Positions 1-7,498 of a stretch of 15,809 nt of DNA are shown here, piece by piece; the stretch's first letter is position 1, and every line of letters starts with the position of its first letter. The notes under the pieces are model-generated. The model did no database searches and was not told the DNA's origin. It worked only from the letters and a program-made list of their open reading frames with translations. Location: IMG/VR virus record IMGVR_UViG_2537561934_000016; one strand, 5' to 3'. This stretch comes from a virus (Duplodnaviria; Heunggongvirae; Uroviricota; Caudoviricetes). The position numbers and the translations under genes are program-made.

Positions 1-474
1 ATGTACAGTCCGGTACAAATAGCCAATAAATTCATAACGTTGGGAAACCAACATCATAATCCTCTGACCCACATGCAACTGCAGAAGCTTACTTATATTG
101 CCCATGGTTACTATTTAGCATTAACAGGTAAGCCTTTGCTCAATGAATGTGTCTCCGCGTGGAAGTACGGTCCAGTTATTCCTGGAATGTACGATGCTTT
201 CAAAGACTATGGGAATAAACCTGTTACGAATGTAGCAGTAGCTCCTTTTGGTGGCATCGTTACTATGGATCCGCAAGCAGAGAGCATTATCGGGGCTGTT
301 TATAAGTTTTACGGCTCGAAAAATGGAATTGAGTTATCAACTCTAACTCATATGCCAGGTACGCCTTGGTCACAAGCTTATAATGGTATTGGCTCGTCGA
401 TCATCTCAAATGATGCGATCAAGGCTTATTATCATGATTTATTGAATAACCGACAGCAATGTCAGGGCCTCTGA
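1..474 (+). CDS. Panacea-domain (DUF4065; SocA/GepA-like) protein, putative antitoxin, 157 aa
   Basis: ATG at base 1, so the true start could lie upstream of the window. Translation has the DUF4065-like core LQKLTYIAHGYYLAL ... SAWKYGPVIPGMYDAFKDYG, recognised from memory of the family. A 22-nt gap separates it from the next same-strand ORF. Confidence 0.65.
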   Translation: MYSPVQIANKFITLGNQHHNPLTHMQLQKLTYIAHGYYLALTGKPLLNECVSAWKYGPVIPGMYDAFKDYGNKPVTNVAVAPFGGIVTMDPQAESIIGAVYKFYGSKNGIELSTLTHMPGTPWSQAYNGIGSSIISNDAIKAYYHDLLNNRQQCQGL

Positions 475-496
475 AAAAGTAATATTCAGGGATGAC

Positions 497-1045
497 ATGT
501 CTCATAATTCAGATATCTATAAACTGATCGGAGCGGCCGCAGGTGTTGAAAATGGTCGCTCTGAAGCATCCTTAAACTCTACTGACAGTCAAGAGCAGGC
601 TTTTGAATCCGCATTTGAGCCGTCTAATCATGAACGCGATGATGATTCTTCTTCAGAAAATAAGGCTATTCTGGAGGAAGAAGAGTTTGGTTCTAATACT
701 GGTGCATTGCATGAGTTTATGCAGCAGAACAGAATGGACAGTCTTCAAGCTCAGCTTGATATGCTCAAATCACAAGTACGGGATAAGATAGCTGACGCAA
801 CTGGTAAAGAAATAGACAATGAGCTCCGGACAAAAATGGCATCATTCACGGTTTGGTTTATGTCGTGTTGGTGCTTATTCGTTGTCGCAATGTTTACATC
901 GTTTCTTATTGCACATGAAGGAAAGGCTCCAGTTGAAGCGATCGTTGCATTACTAGGTACAAGTACAATTAGTATTGTTGGTTTGGTTGGTTTCGTTGTT
1001 AGTGGATTGTTCAAATCAAGAAAAGATAGTGATAAAGAAAAATAA
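497..1045 (+). CDS. Hypothetical membrane protein, 182 aa; candidate toxin partner of the Panacea protein
   Basis: ATG start with AGGGA 5 nt upstream. Acidic, Ser-rich N-terminus (DDDSSSENKAILEEEEF), a central charged helical segment, and two C-terminal hydrophobic helices (FTVWFMSCWCLFVVAMFTSFLIA and IVALLGTSTISIVGLVGFVVSGLF). No family recognised. Confidence 0.6.
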   Translation: MSHNSDIYKLIGAAAGVENGRSEASLNSTDSQEQAFESAFEPSNHERDDDSSSENKAILEEEEFGSNTGALHEFMQQNRMDSLQAQLDMLKSQVRDKIADATGKEIDNELRTKMASFTVWFMSCWCLFVVAMFTSFLIAHEGKAPVEAIVALLGTSTISIVGLVGFVVSGLFKSRKDSDKEK

Positions 1046-1084
1046 CCCGTACATATACGGGTTATCCATAGTTTTAGTTTAGTT
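1031..1084. terminator. Bidirectional intrinsic terminator between convergent genes
   Basis: Perfect 8-bp stem AACCCGTA/TACGGGTT (1044-1051 and 1056-1063) with a 4-nt loop, T-rich on the plus side (GTTTTAGTTTAGTT) and T-rich on the minus side (reverse complement of GATAAAGAAAAAT). Confidence 0.5.
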
Positions 1085-1348
1085 ATATTTTTTTTCCGTT
1101 CTGACTTTTTCCCACTCAGCTCGCCCTTCTTCCCGTCTTTTGTCAATATATTCCGCAAGATCCTGAATGTTGATGCAGCGTTTTGCTTTTTGTGATGTAC
1201 CGATGCGATATGTAGGTACAGGCAACTTACAAGCGTTTGCTTTTGCTTCTGCTGTGGCTGGACTCATACCAAAGTATTTTTGACTAACTGCTGAGAGTTC
1301 AATGTTTGGGGTATTGAATTCAGCCATCAGTAAAAACAAGGTATTCAT
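1079..1348 (-). CDS. PrtN-family (pyocin-activator-like) small DNA-binding regulator, 89 aa
   Basis: Translation MNTLFLLMAEF ... IQDLAEYIDKRREEG matches the remembered PrtN-family pattern (MNTLFLLMA ... DLAAYID). ATG confirmed as cat at 1346-1348, with GGAG 8 nt upstream on the minus strand. Confidence 0.75.
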   Translation of the reverse strand: MNTLFLLMAEFNTPNIELSAVSQKYFGMSPATAEAKANACKLPVPTYRIGTSQKAKRCINIQDLAEYIDKRREEGRAEWEKVRTEKKYN

Positions 1349-1384
1349 ATCATTTCTCCATCATAACCGGCTGCACCCGGTGAG

Positions 1385-2200
1385 TTACTTATTCATTTCA
1401 ATAATATTATTTTCTATCATTGATTTATTTAAAACCAAAGAAGGAGCAAGATGGTTGTCTATTTTAAACAATGCATAACTTTTAAACTGTTGGTGATATC
1501 CGTAACTAATAAGGATGCTAGAAAAATCTCTTAATTCATCTTCTTTTAAAAAATTAAAATGAAATGGGTTGTCACCATTTATGAACAATGAAACATCTAT
1601 TATGCAGTATTTCTCTCTGTTGTCATTTGCATAGAAAAAAATATAAGACATTCTGTTTGTTAAGACAATGCCATTAAATTTTCTTATGTCTGTAGCTATT
1701 TTGTTTTCCATGTTTGGTGCCACATATTTATTTTCAGAAATACATTTAATTTCATCTCCAGATGTCGTGATTATATAAAAATGAAACTTATCATAAATAT
1801 CTAACTTAACTACGCCATCATTATTATAAAGGCTGCTAAATTTTGGTGGTTCAACTTTTAAAGAATCATAGTTCTTTAAAAGAAGAGGGGAGTCAAATTT
1901 AATAACTTGTAGTATCCCTTTACCTTCAACCTCCATATTGATTGAAGATATAGCAATTGCATTATCTCTTTTATTATTCAGGATTATGGTTGATATATGC
2001 ATGTCATATATTCTACTTGCATTTGCTGAATACGACACTGTCACCTTTTTTGATATTTTTTGCACGCCAAAATATATAGTGAAGGCAGCGGCAAGAATAG
2101 ATAAGAATTTAATGTCAAATAAGGACCATAGCCACATTAGTTGCTCAATTGCTTCAGAGTTAATCATTTGCTTTACCATTATCGCTGTAATACAACACAT
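1385..2200 (-). CDS. Hypothetical protein with N-terminal transmembrane anchor, about 271 aa, AT-rich; start uncertain
   Basis: The 6-frame ORF 1385..2221 opens on TTG. In-frame ATGs lie at 2200, 2179 and 2167 and none has a strong Shine-Dalgarno. A hydrophobic helix (LMWLWSLFDIKFLSILAAAFTIYFGV) follows. No family recognised. Sits between the YfdQ-like and PrtN genes on the same strand. Confidence 0.5.
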   Translation of the reverse strand: MCCITAIMVKQMINSEAIEQLMWLWSLFDIKFLSILAAAFTIYFGVQKISKKVTVSYSANASRIYDMHISTIILNNKRDNAIAISSINMEVEGKGILQVIKFDSPLLLKNYDSLKVEPPKFSSLYNNDGVVKLDIYDKFHFYIITTSGDEIKCISENKYVAPNMENKIATDIRKFNGIVLTNRMSYIFFYANDNREKYCIIDVSLFINGDNPFHFNFLKEDELRDFSSILISYGYHQQFKSYALFKIDNHLAPSLVLNKSMIENNIIEMNK

Positions 2201-2321
2201 GTGTATATATACGCAATGCAATTATTTTGCAAGTGCTTCATTTACTATCAATAGCTTCGTCACGTTATTGTTTAATGGTTCTTTATAGGGGCGGCAATAG
2301 TTAAAATTATCGCTTCCGTAA

Positions 2322-2345
2322 ACGCCCCCGCAGGGGCATTTGCAG
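2322..2345 (-). terminator. Weak candidate intrinsic terminator after the YfdQ-like gene
   Basis: On the minus strand, GCCCC-TGCG-GGGGC hairpin followed by GTTTAC. Short stem and poor U-tract, so low confidence. Confidence 0.25.
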
Positions 2346-2353
2346 TAATGAAA

Positions 2354-3178
2354 TCAGGCGGTGAAAGTACCAATAAAGGTTTCTACTTTGCTGTCTTTGA
2401 ATTTCTCAACAAGCAGATCACGAAATTCGTTAGCCATTTCTTCCTGTACCGCTTCCAGCTGAATAATGCGCAGAACCAGTACAGGACGATCGCCAGTGAT
2501 AATGCTGAGGCGTAATTTAAACGGACGTTCTTTCAGACCTTCAAACGGAACGCATTTAAATTCAAATGCCACTGGCATAATGTCTTTGGTCTTCGCTTCG
2601 ACAGACTCCATCAGGGAGCGTTTGCCGCTGAAGTCATTATCTTCAAAATCAGCGGTCTGGTTCGCTTCAATTGTGATTTTACGGATCGCCGCAGCCGCTT
2701 TGGTTGCCTGAATGGCGTCACCATTAGCATCAAAGCCCACAAGGTAGTCGGCCCAGTCTTCAATCCATTCTGCCAGTGACTTCTGGGAGTTACGCTCGCC
2801 GTTAACAGACAACAGAGCAGAGAACGGTGCTGTCTTTTTCAGTTTGAGAGTGGCGGTGTTATCTGCGTGACCTGGTTCATCAATAGTACCCAGGTTAAGC
2901 ACACTGACGGCACGCATATTATCGGCATCGATAAAGCAGCGGGTGCCTTCATCTGCAAGAACTTTAGAATAACGGGTAAAGTCATCGATGCTGGCAGTGG
3001 AAAGCGCACCACGGAAACGGAAGCGATTTAAATTAAATTTTTCCAGATCATGAATGCGGAAATTCTCAGGCAATGCCACAGCATCGGCACCAATCTTACT
3101 GATAATTTCATTAACACCCTGAGCAGAAATAAGGGCATGGATTTGATTAATTGCGGTTGCGTCTAAGTTCTGAGACAT
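2354..3178 (-). CDS. yfdQ: YfdQ-like prophage protein (DUF2303 family), 274 aa
   Basis: ATG (cat 3176-3178) with GAGGA 7 nt upstream. The 274-aa length and position directly downstream of a 120-aa gene match the yfdP-yfdQ pair of E. coli cryptic prophages as I remember it. The symbol rests on recalled length and synteny, not alignment. Confidence 0.7.
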   Translation of the reverse strand: MSQNLDATAINQIHALISAQGVNEIISKIGADAVALPENFRIHDLEKFNLNRFRFRGALSTASIDDFTRYSKVLADEGTRCFIDADNMRAVSVLNLGTIDEPGHADNTATLKLKKTAPFSALLSVNGERNSQKSLAEWIEDWADYLVGFDANGDAIQATKAAAAIRKITIEANQTADFEDNDFSGKRSLMESVEAKTKDIMPVAFEFKCVPFEGLKERPFKLRLSIITGDRPVLVLRIIQLEAVQEEMANEFRDLLVEKFKDSKVETFIGTFTA

Positions 3179-3243
3179 AATAAGTCCTCACTATATAAAA
3201 ATATTCAGTGATGAGATAAATAATCAGTTTATTAAGAACGATA

Positions 3244-3606
3244 TTAACGACCTGCTGCGCGGAGTTTTCCGTCAGGTTCACCGGCAAGAGTCAGTAATTG
3301 TCCCTGGTCCTCCTGCAGAATAGTCAGGCGACCACCGCGATTGACATACATCGGCGTTTCGGTGGTGTCTTCTTCGGAAATTTTCCCGCGGTTAGTCGGG
3401 CGAACATATGAGAGTTTGTGTTTGATTTTCACACGGTTCTCATCAAATGGTTCGATTTCCAGGTTGAGTGAGACCTTACCTTTGGTTTTCGTGTTCATCA
3501 CACCGGAAGCGACTTCACTGAGAACTGCGCCGATTTTGGTTTCAAATACGCCGCCGTCCAGCTCCCCGATAAATGCCTGCACATCAGTACTGCGTTCGCT
3601 AGCCAT
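3244..3606 (-). CDS. yfdP: YfdP-like prophage protein, 120 aa
   Basis: The 6-frame ORF runs to 3837, but its N-terminal 77 residues are Cys/Arg-rich and not protein-like. The ATG at 3604-3606 has a strong GAGGAG 7 nt upstream and gives MASERSTDVQAFIGELDGG..., 120 aa. Symbol assigned from remembered length and adjacency to the YfdQ-like gene. Confidence 0.6.
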   Translation of the reverse strand: MASERSTDVQAFIGELDGGVFETKIGAVLSEVASGVMNTKTKGKVSLNLEIEPFDENRVKIKHKLSYVRPTNRGKISEEDTTETPMYVNRGGRLTILQEDQGQLLTLAGEPDGKLRAAGR

Positions 3607-3654
3607 TTTGCTGCTCCTCATCATATCGACCCTGCAAGGTCGGTTGGTTTCTCC

Positions 3655-3743
3655 ACAAAACAGAGAAGAACACCTGCGGTGGCAGCCGCCCGGATGGATT
3701 GGGTTATGAGCCCGTCGTCCGGTGATGCTCTTCTCTGTTTTGT
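3655..3743. repeat. Long inverted repeat (about 17 of 18 bp) flanking a roughly 53-nt GC-rich spacer
   Basis: ACAAAACAGAGAAGAACA (3655-3672) against TGCTCTTCTCTGTTTTGT (3726-3743); 15 contiguous bp are perfectly complementary. Confidence 0.45.
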
Positions 3744-3789
3744 AAAAAGAGCGGTACCAGCCGGAAGCAAGTGTACAAACTGGTACCGC
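3744..3789 (-). terminator. Candidate intrinsic terminator (minus strand)
   Basis: Perfect 10-bp inverted repeat GCGGTACCAG (3751-3760) / CTGGTACCGC (3780-3789) with a 19-nt loop. On the minus strand the hairpin is followed by TCTTTTTAC. Confidence 0.3.
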
Positions 3790-4238
3790 CAAAGCAGTGG
3801 CTGTTGTGGTGGGGTTGTCACTCAGGCGTATGGTCAACCTGACAATCCGGTGTCCTCAACGGGGAAAGAGTAACCCCGCCATACTTACCGCCGCGCCATT
3901 TCGCGGATTACCACAACGCTGAGAGCACTTAGCCAGTTACGGCACCACACTTTGTCGCGGTTCCATAAATGCCCTCATCGTTGCACCCTGGTCTCTTCCC
4001 AGGCGTCAAACCGGATCGCCACGCTGGTTAGGCGTCTTATCAGCATCATCATTGACTTGCACATTCCGGCTACCTGGTTTGTTTGCCCGAGCAAGGAGTG
4101 GATTGTCCCCTTTAACGTCCCCAGACCGCTAACGACGCATGTGCCATACGCCGTGTTACAACCAAATTTAGTTTAATCTTGCCTGTGTTATGTATCCTAT
4201 AGATACATTATGTATCTTAAGGGTACATTGTCAAGTAT

Positions 4239-4260
4239 AAAAAAACCTGCCGAAGCAGGT
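4239..4260 (-). terminator. Intrinsic terminator downstream of the cI-like repressor gene
   Basis: Minus-strand sequence AACCTGC-TTCG-GCAGGTT followed by TTTTTTT (plus-strand A run 4239-4245, stem 4245-4260). Lies 13 nt past the repressor stop. Confidence 0.5.
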
Positions 4261-4272
4261 TATAAATATTGA

Positions 4273-4947
4273 TTAGGCCTTTATTTTGTATCTTCTTGGT
4301 TTTCCTGAGAAAATCACTGTACCAATTATAGAGCAATTACCGTTGATCTTAATGTAAGGTTCAGGCCAGTTTGGGTTTAATGCTTTGAGGTAACGCTGTG
4401 TTCCATCTTCTATCAACCGCTTGAAGGTGGTTTCGCCTGTATCGTGCATCAATGCAATAACGTCGTCACCGTGGCAGGCAGGGACTTCAGGATCAACAAA
4501 AATCATGTCTCCCGGGCGGTACTCATCAATCATTGAATCACCAATCACCCGCAAGATATAAGTCATTTCGCCACAGGGTACAGGGCAGGGATAAGTTTCT
4601 GCTGTGCTCAAATCAACCTCAGAATAGCCAACTTCTTTCCATGCTCCGGCCTGTACCCATGATATGACAGGGACTAACGTTATTTGTTTGTTAGTGATTG
4701 AAACGTCAGGTTTTTTTGTGATGTTCGTTGTCTGGTGTTCTTGATCAAGCCATCCGACAGGCAGGTCGAAACATTTTTCGATGTGCCGTGCCATGCTGTC
4801 ACCGATATTTTTAGTTGCACCATCTCCCATAAACCTGCTGGTCTGGGTTGGCTCGCGATCAATCATGGTGGCAAAGGAAGAATTCCCGCCAACACCATCT
4901 CTCAGTTTTCTGGCGTTAGACCGCCGGATGTCATGGACTGTTTTCAT
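4273..4947 (-). CDS. cI: Phage CI-type repressor, N-terminal DNA-binding domain plus C-terminal S24 (LexA-like) autopeptidase domain, 224 aa
   Basis: C-terminal domain carries the S24 catalytic motifs: Ser in ILRVIGDSMIDEY and Lys in TTFKRL. The N-terminal region ends in the DLPVGWLD pattern typical of phage repressor DNA-binding domains. Divergent from a cro-like gene. Confidence 0.85.
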   Translation of the reverse strand: MKTVHDIRRSNARKLRDGVGGNSSFATMIDREPTQTSRFMGDGATKNIGDSMARHIEKCFDLPVGWLDQEHQTTNITKKPDVSITNKQITLVPVISWVQAGAWKEVGYSEVDLSTAETYPCPVPCGEMTYILRVIGDSMIDEYRPGDMIFVDPEVPACHGDDVIALMHDTGETTFKRLIEDGTQRYLKALNPNWPEPYIKINGNCSIIGTVIFSGKPRRYKIKA

Positions 4948-4963
4948 AAAGAAATTAAAACCT

Positions 4964-4982
4964 TTGTACCGATAAGGTACAA
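4964..4982. promoter_or_regulatory. Candidate operator in the cI-cro intergenic region
   Basis: 19-bp palindrome TTGTACC-GATAA-GGTACAA with perfect 7-bp arms, 17 bp upstream of the cI start and about 55 bp upstream of cro. A further GGTACA half-site lies near 5026-5031. Confidence 0.4.
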
Positions 4983-5037
4983 GTATCTTGAAGGTTCATC
5001 TCAATCATGTAATATGTATACCGGAGGTACATATTGT

Positions 5038-5247
5038 ATGAAAGCGTATTGGGACTCTTTAACCAAAGAACAGCAGGGTGAGTTGGCCGGAAAAGTTGGC
5101 TCAACACCAGGCTACTTACGGCTGGTTTTCAATGGTTATAAAAAAGCCAGTTTTGTGCTGGCTAAAAAACTTGAGCAATGCACGTCAGGTGCAATTACGA
5201 AATCTGACTTAAGACCGGATATCCGGAAGACTGGGATGTCCTGCTGA
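5038..5247 (+). CDS. cro: Cro/YdaS-like HTH regulator, 69 aa
   Basis: ATG at 5038 with GGAGG 10 nt upstream. Translation MKAYWDSLTKEQQGELAGKVGSTPGYLRLVFNGYKK ... GAITKSDLRPDI resembles prophage Cro/YdaS proteins, which end in a DLRPDIF-type motif. The track's upstream extension to 4735 is antisense to cI and rejected. Confidence 0.7.
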   Translation: MKAYWDSLTKEQQGELAGKVGSTPGYLRLVFNGYKKASFVLAKKLEQCTSGAITKSDLRPDIRKTGMSC

Positions 5248-5933
5248 CGGATGTTTTTCATAAAAGCTGGCCGCTGGCCTCCGATCCTTCTCAACAAATG
5301 CGACTGATGGCAATGGCGGTGGACTCCGGCGGTGAAGACGGGGTCACTGATAATGCCTATAAATTCTGGCGTCGTTGCCGTCGTGATGGCCTTGGTAAAC
5401 GTATTTACCTGTTTAAGGGCGACAGCATCCGGCGCGCAAAACTGATCACCCGTACATTCCCTGATAACACCGGACGAACGGGCCGACGGGCGCAGGCCGC
5501 AGGTGATGTACCGCTCTGGCTTCTTCAGACGGATGCCCTGAAAGACCGGGTGAATAACGCGTTATGGCGTGACTCGCCAGGTCCCGGCTATGTGCATTTC
5601 CCTGACTGGCTGGGGAGCTGGTTTTACGACGAACTGACGTATGAAGAGCGGAGCAGTGACGGGAAATGGAGTAAGCCGGGTCGCGGTGCCAACGAAGCTT
5701 TTGACCTGATGGTGTATGCCGAGGCTCTGGTCATTCTGCATGGATACGAAAAGATCCGCTGGCCGGATGCACCGGAGTGGGCGAGCCGGGAAACCTGGCT
5801 GGAGTGTGTCCCGGACAGTACCGAACCGTCACCCACACCGGAACCGGTATCCACGCCTGTTAAAAAACAAAAACGGAAGAAAACAGTAACTGACGATGTT
5901 AACCCCTGGCTGACTTCCGGAGGATGGTTATGA
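5208..5933 (+). pseudogene. 3' fragment of lambda-type terminase large subunit (gpA-like C-terminal region), no start codon
   Basis: Reading frame opens straight after a TGA at 5205-5207 with no plausible start. Its stop overlaps the next start in an ATGA arrangement, as at the lambda A-W junction. Followed by gpW-like and portal genes. The ATPase N-terminal part and the small subunit are absent. Confidence 0.65.
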
Positions 5934-6142
5934 ATCAGAATGATATTGAAGCCATGATTCAGCGTTATACGGAAGCTGAAATGGCGGTGCTGGACGGAAA
6001 ATCCGTCACTTTTAATGGTCAGCAGATGACCATGGAAAACTTATCTGAGATCCGGCAGGGGCGGCAGGAGTGGGAGCGCCGCCTTGCGGCTCTGATTACA
6101 CGACGACGGGGGCATCCCGGGTACCGGCTGGCGAGGTTCTGA
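5930..6142 (+). CDS. gpW-like head-tail joining protein, 70 aa
   Basis: ATG at 5930 with GGAGG 7 nt upstream. C-terminus RRRGHPGYRLARF resembles the lambda gpW C-terminus (RRRGPAGFYV, recalled). Lies between terminase and portal as in lambda. Confidence 0.65.
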   Translation: MNQNDIEAMIQRYTEAEMAVLDGKSVTFNGQQMTMENLSEIRQGRQEWERRLAALITRRRGHPGYRLARF

Positions 6143-7494
6143 TGGCAATTCTTGATGATGTGATTGGCGTTTTTTCACCAGGATGGAAAGCGGCAAGGCT
6201 GCGTTCCCGAGCGGTGATCCAGGCTTATGAGGCCGTAAAAACGACGCGGACACACAAAGCCCGACGGGAGAACCGAACTGCCGACCAGTTAAGCCAGTAC
6301 GGGGCCGTGTCGTTACGTGAGCAGGCCCGTTACCTTGATAACAACCACGATCTGGTCATTGGTGTATTTGACAAGCTGGAAGAACGGGTGGTGGGGAAAA
6401 ACGGGATTATTGTCGAGCCACATCCGGTATTACGCAATGGGGCCATTGCCCGTGACCTGGCAGCGGAGATACGCACCCGATGGAGTGAATGGTCTGTCAG
6501 TCCGGAAGTCACCGGGCAGTTTACCCGCCCGATGCTGGAACGTCTGATGCTGCGTACCTGGCTGCGCGATGGTGAGGTGTTTGCCCAGATGGTTTCCGGG
6601 CGCATAAACAGCCTGACGCCTTCTGCCGGTGTTCATTTCTGGCTGGAGGCGCTCGAGCCGGACTTTATTCCCATGACCAGTGATGAGAGCAACAGGCTGA
6701 ATCAGGGCGTGTTTGTTGATGACTGGGGGCGTCCCGAAAAATATCTGGTGTATAAAAGCCGTCCTGTATCCGGACGGCAGATGGAAACCAAAGAAGTGGA
6801 TGCAGAGCGAATGCTGCATCTTAAATTTGTTCGCCGTCTGCACCAGATGCGCGGGACGTCTTTATTGTCCGGTGTACTGATCCGCCTCAGTGCCCTGAAA
6901 GAGTATGAAGATTCTGAGCTGACTGCAGCAAGGATCGCCGCTGCTCTGGGGATGTACATCCGGAAAGGCGACGGACAGAGCTATGAACCGGATGGTAATG
7001 GCAGCAAGGAGAATGAACGCGAGCTTACCATTCAGCCAGGCATTATTTACGACGATCTGAAACCCGGCGAAGAAATCGGAATGGTGAAGTCGGATCGCCC
7101 CAATCCTAATCTTGAAACTTTTCGTAATGGTCAGTTGCGTGCAGTGGCGGCTGGTAGTCGTCTGAGTTTTTCCAGTACAGCGCGCAACTATAACGGCACT
7201 TACAGCGCCCAGCGTCAGGAGCTGGTTGAGTCTACTGATGGCTACCTGATCCTGCAGGACTGGTTTATTGGTGCCGTCACCCGCCCGATGTATCGTGCAT
7301 GGCTGAAACAGGCTGTGGCATCCGGTGTTATCAGGTTACCCCGCGATCTTGACCGTTCTTCACTGTATACCGCGGTGTATTCCGGACCAGTGATGCCGTG
7401 GATTGACCCTGTTAAGGAGGCTGAGGCCTGGAAAATCCAGATTCGTGGTGGAGCGGCGACAGAATCAGACTGGGTATCCGGCAGGAAACACTGA
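6142..7494 (+). CDS. Phage portal protein (lambda gpB position), 450 aa, possibly C-terminally truncated
   Basis: ATG at 6142 overlaps the gpW stop (TGATG). Called by synteny (terminase, W, portal) and size; the sequence is not obviously close to lambda gpB from memory. The track start at 6070 is an upstream extension and rejected. Confidence 0.6.
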   Translation: MAILDDVIGVFSPGWKAARLRSRAVIQAYEAVKTTRTHKARRENRTADQLSQYGAVSLREQARYLDNNHDLVIGVFDKLEERVVGKNGIIVEPHPVLRNGAIARDLAAEIRTRWSEWSVSPEVTGQFTRPMLERLMLRTWLRDGEVFAQMVSGRINSLTPSAGVHFWLEALEPDFIPMTSDESNRLNQGVFVDDWGRPEKYLVYKSRPVSGRQMETKEVDAERMLHLKFVRRLHQMRGTSLLSGVLIRLSALKEYEDSELTAARIAAALGMYIRKGDGQSYEPDGNGSKENERELTIQPGIIYDDLKPGEEIGMVKSDRPNPNLETFRNGQLRAVAAGSRLSFSSTARNYNGTYSAQRQELVESTDGYLILQDWFIGAVTRPMYRAWLKQAVASGVIRLPRDLDRSSLYTAVYSGPVMPWIDPVKEAEAWKIQIRGGAATESDWVSGRKH

Positions 7495-7498
7495 ATGA

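Noticed and set aside
603-2711. Short overlapping ORFs 603..791, 751..1158, 1938..2288 and 2466..2711
   Set aside because: Each lies inside or antisense to a longer, better-supported gene and has no ribosome-binding site or recognisable features.
3607-3837. N-terminal extension of the 3244..3837 ORF, plus overlapping ORFs 3341..3709, 3621..3821 and 3679..3873
   Set aside because: Cys/Arg-rich and not protein-like, with no ribosome-binding site. A strong GAGGAG precedes the internal ATG at 3606, which gives a 120-aa product. The overlapping ORFs lie in the inverted-repeat region.
4735-5037. Upstream extension of the cro frame (170-aa ORF 4735..5247), and ORFs 4680..4862 and 4781..4975
   Set aside because: Antisense to, or overlapping, the well-supported cI gene. 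The cro ATG at 5038 has its own ribosome-binding site.
6070-6141. Portal ORF starting at 6070 (474 aa)
   Set aside because: The first 24 codons overlap the gpW gene. The ATG at 6142 overlaps the gpW stop in a typical coupled arrangement.
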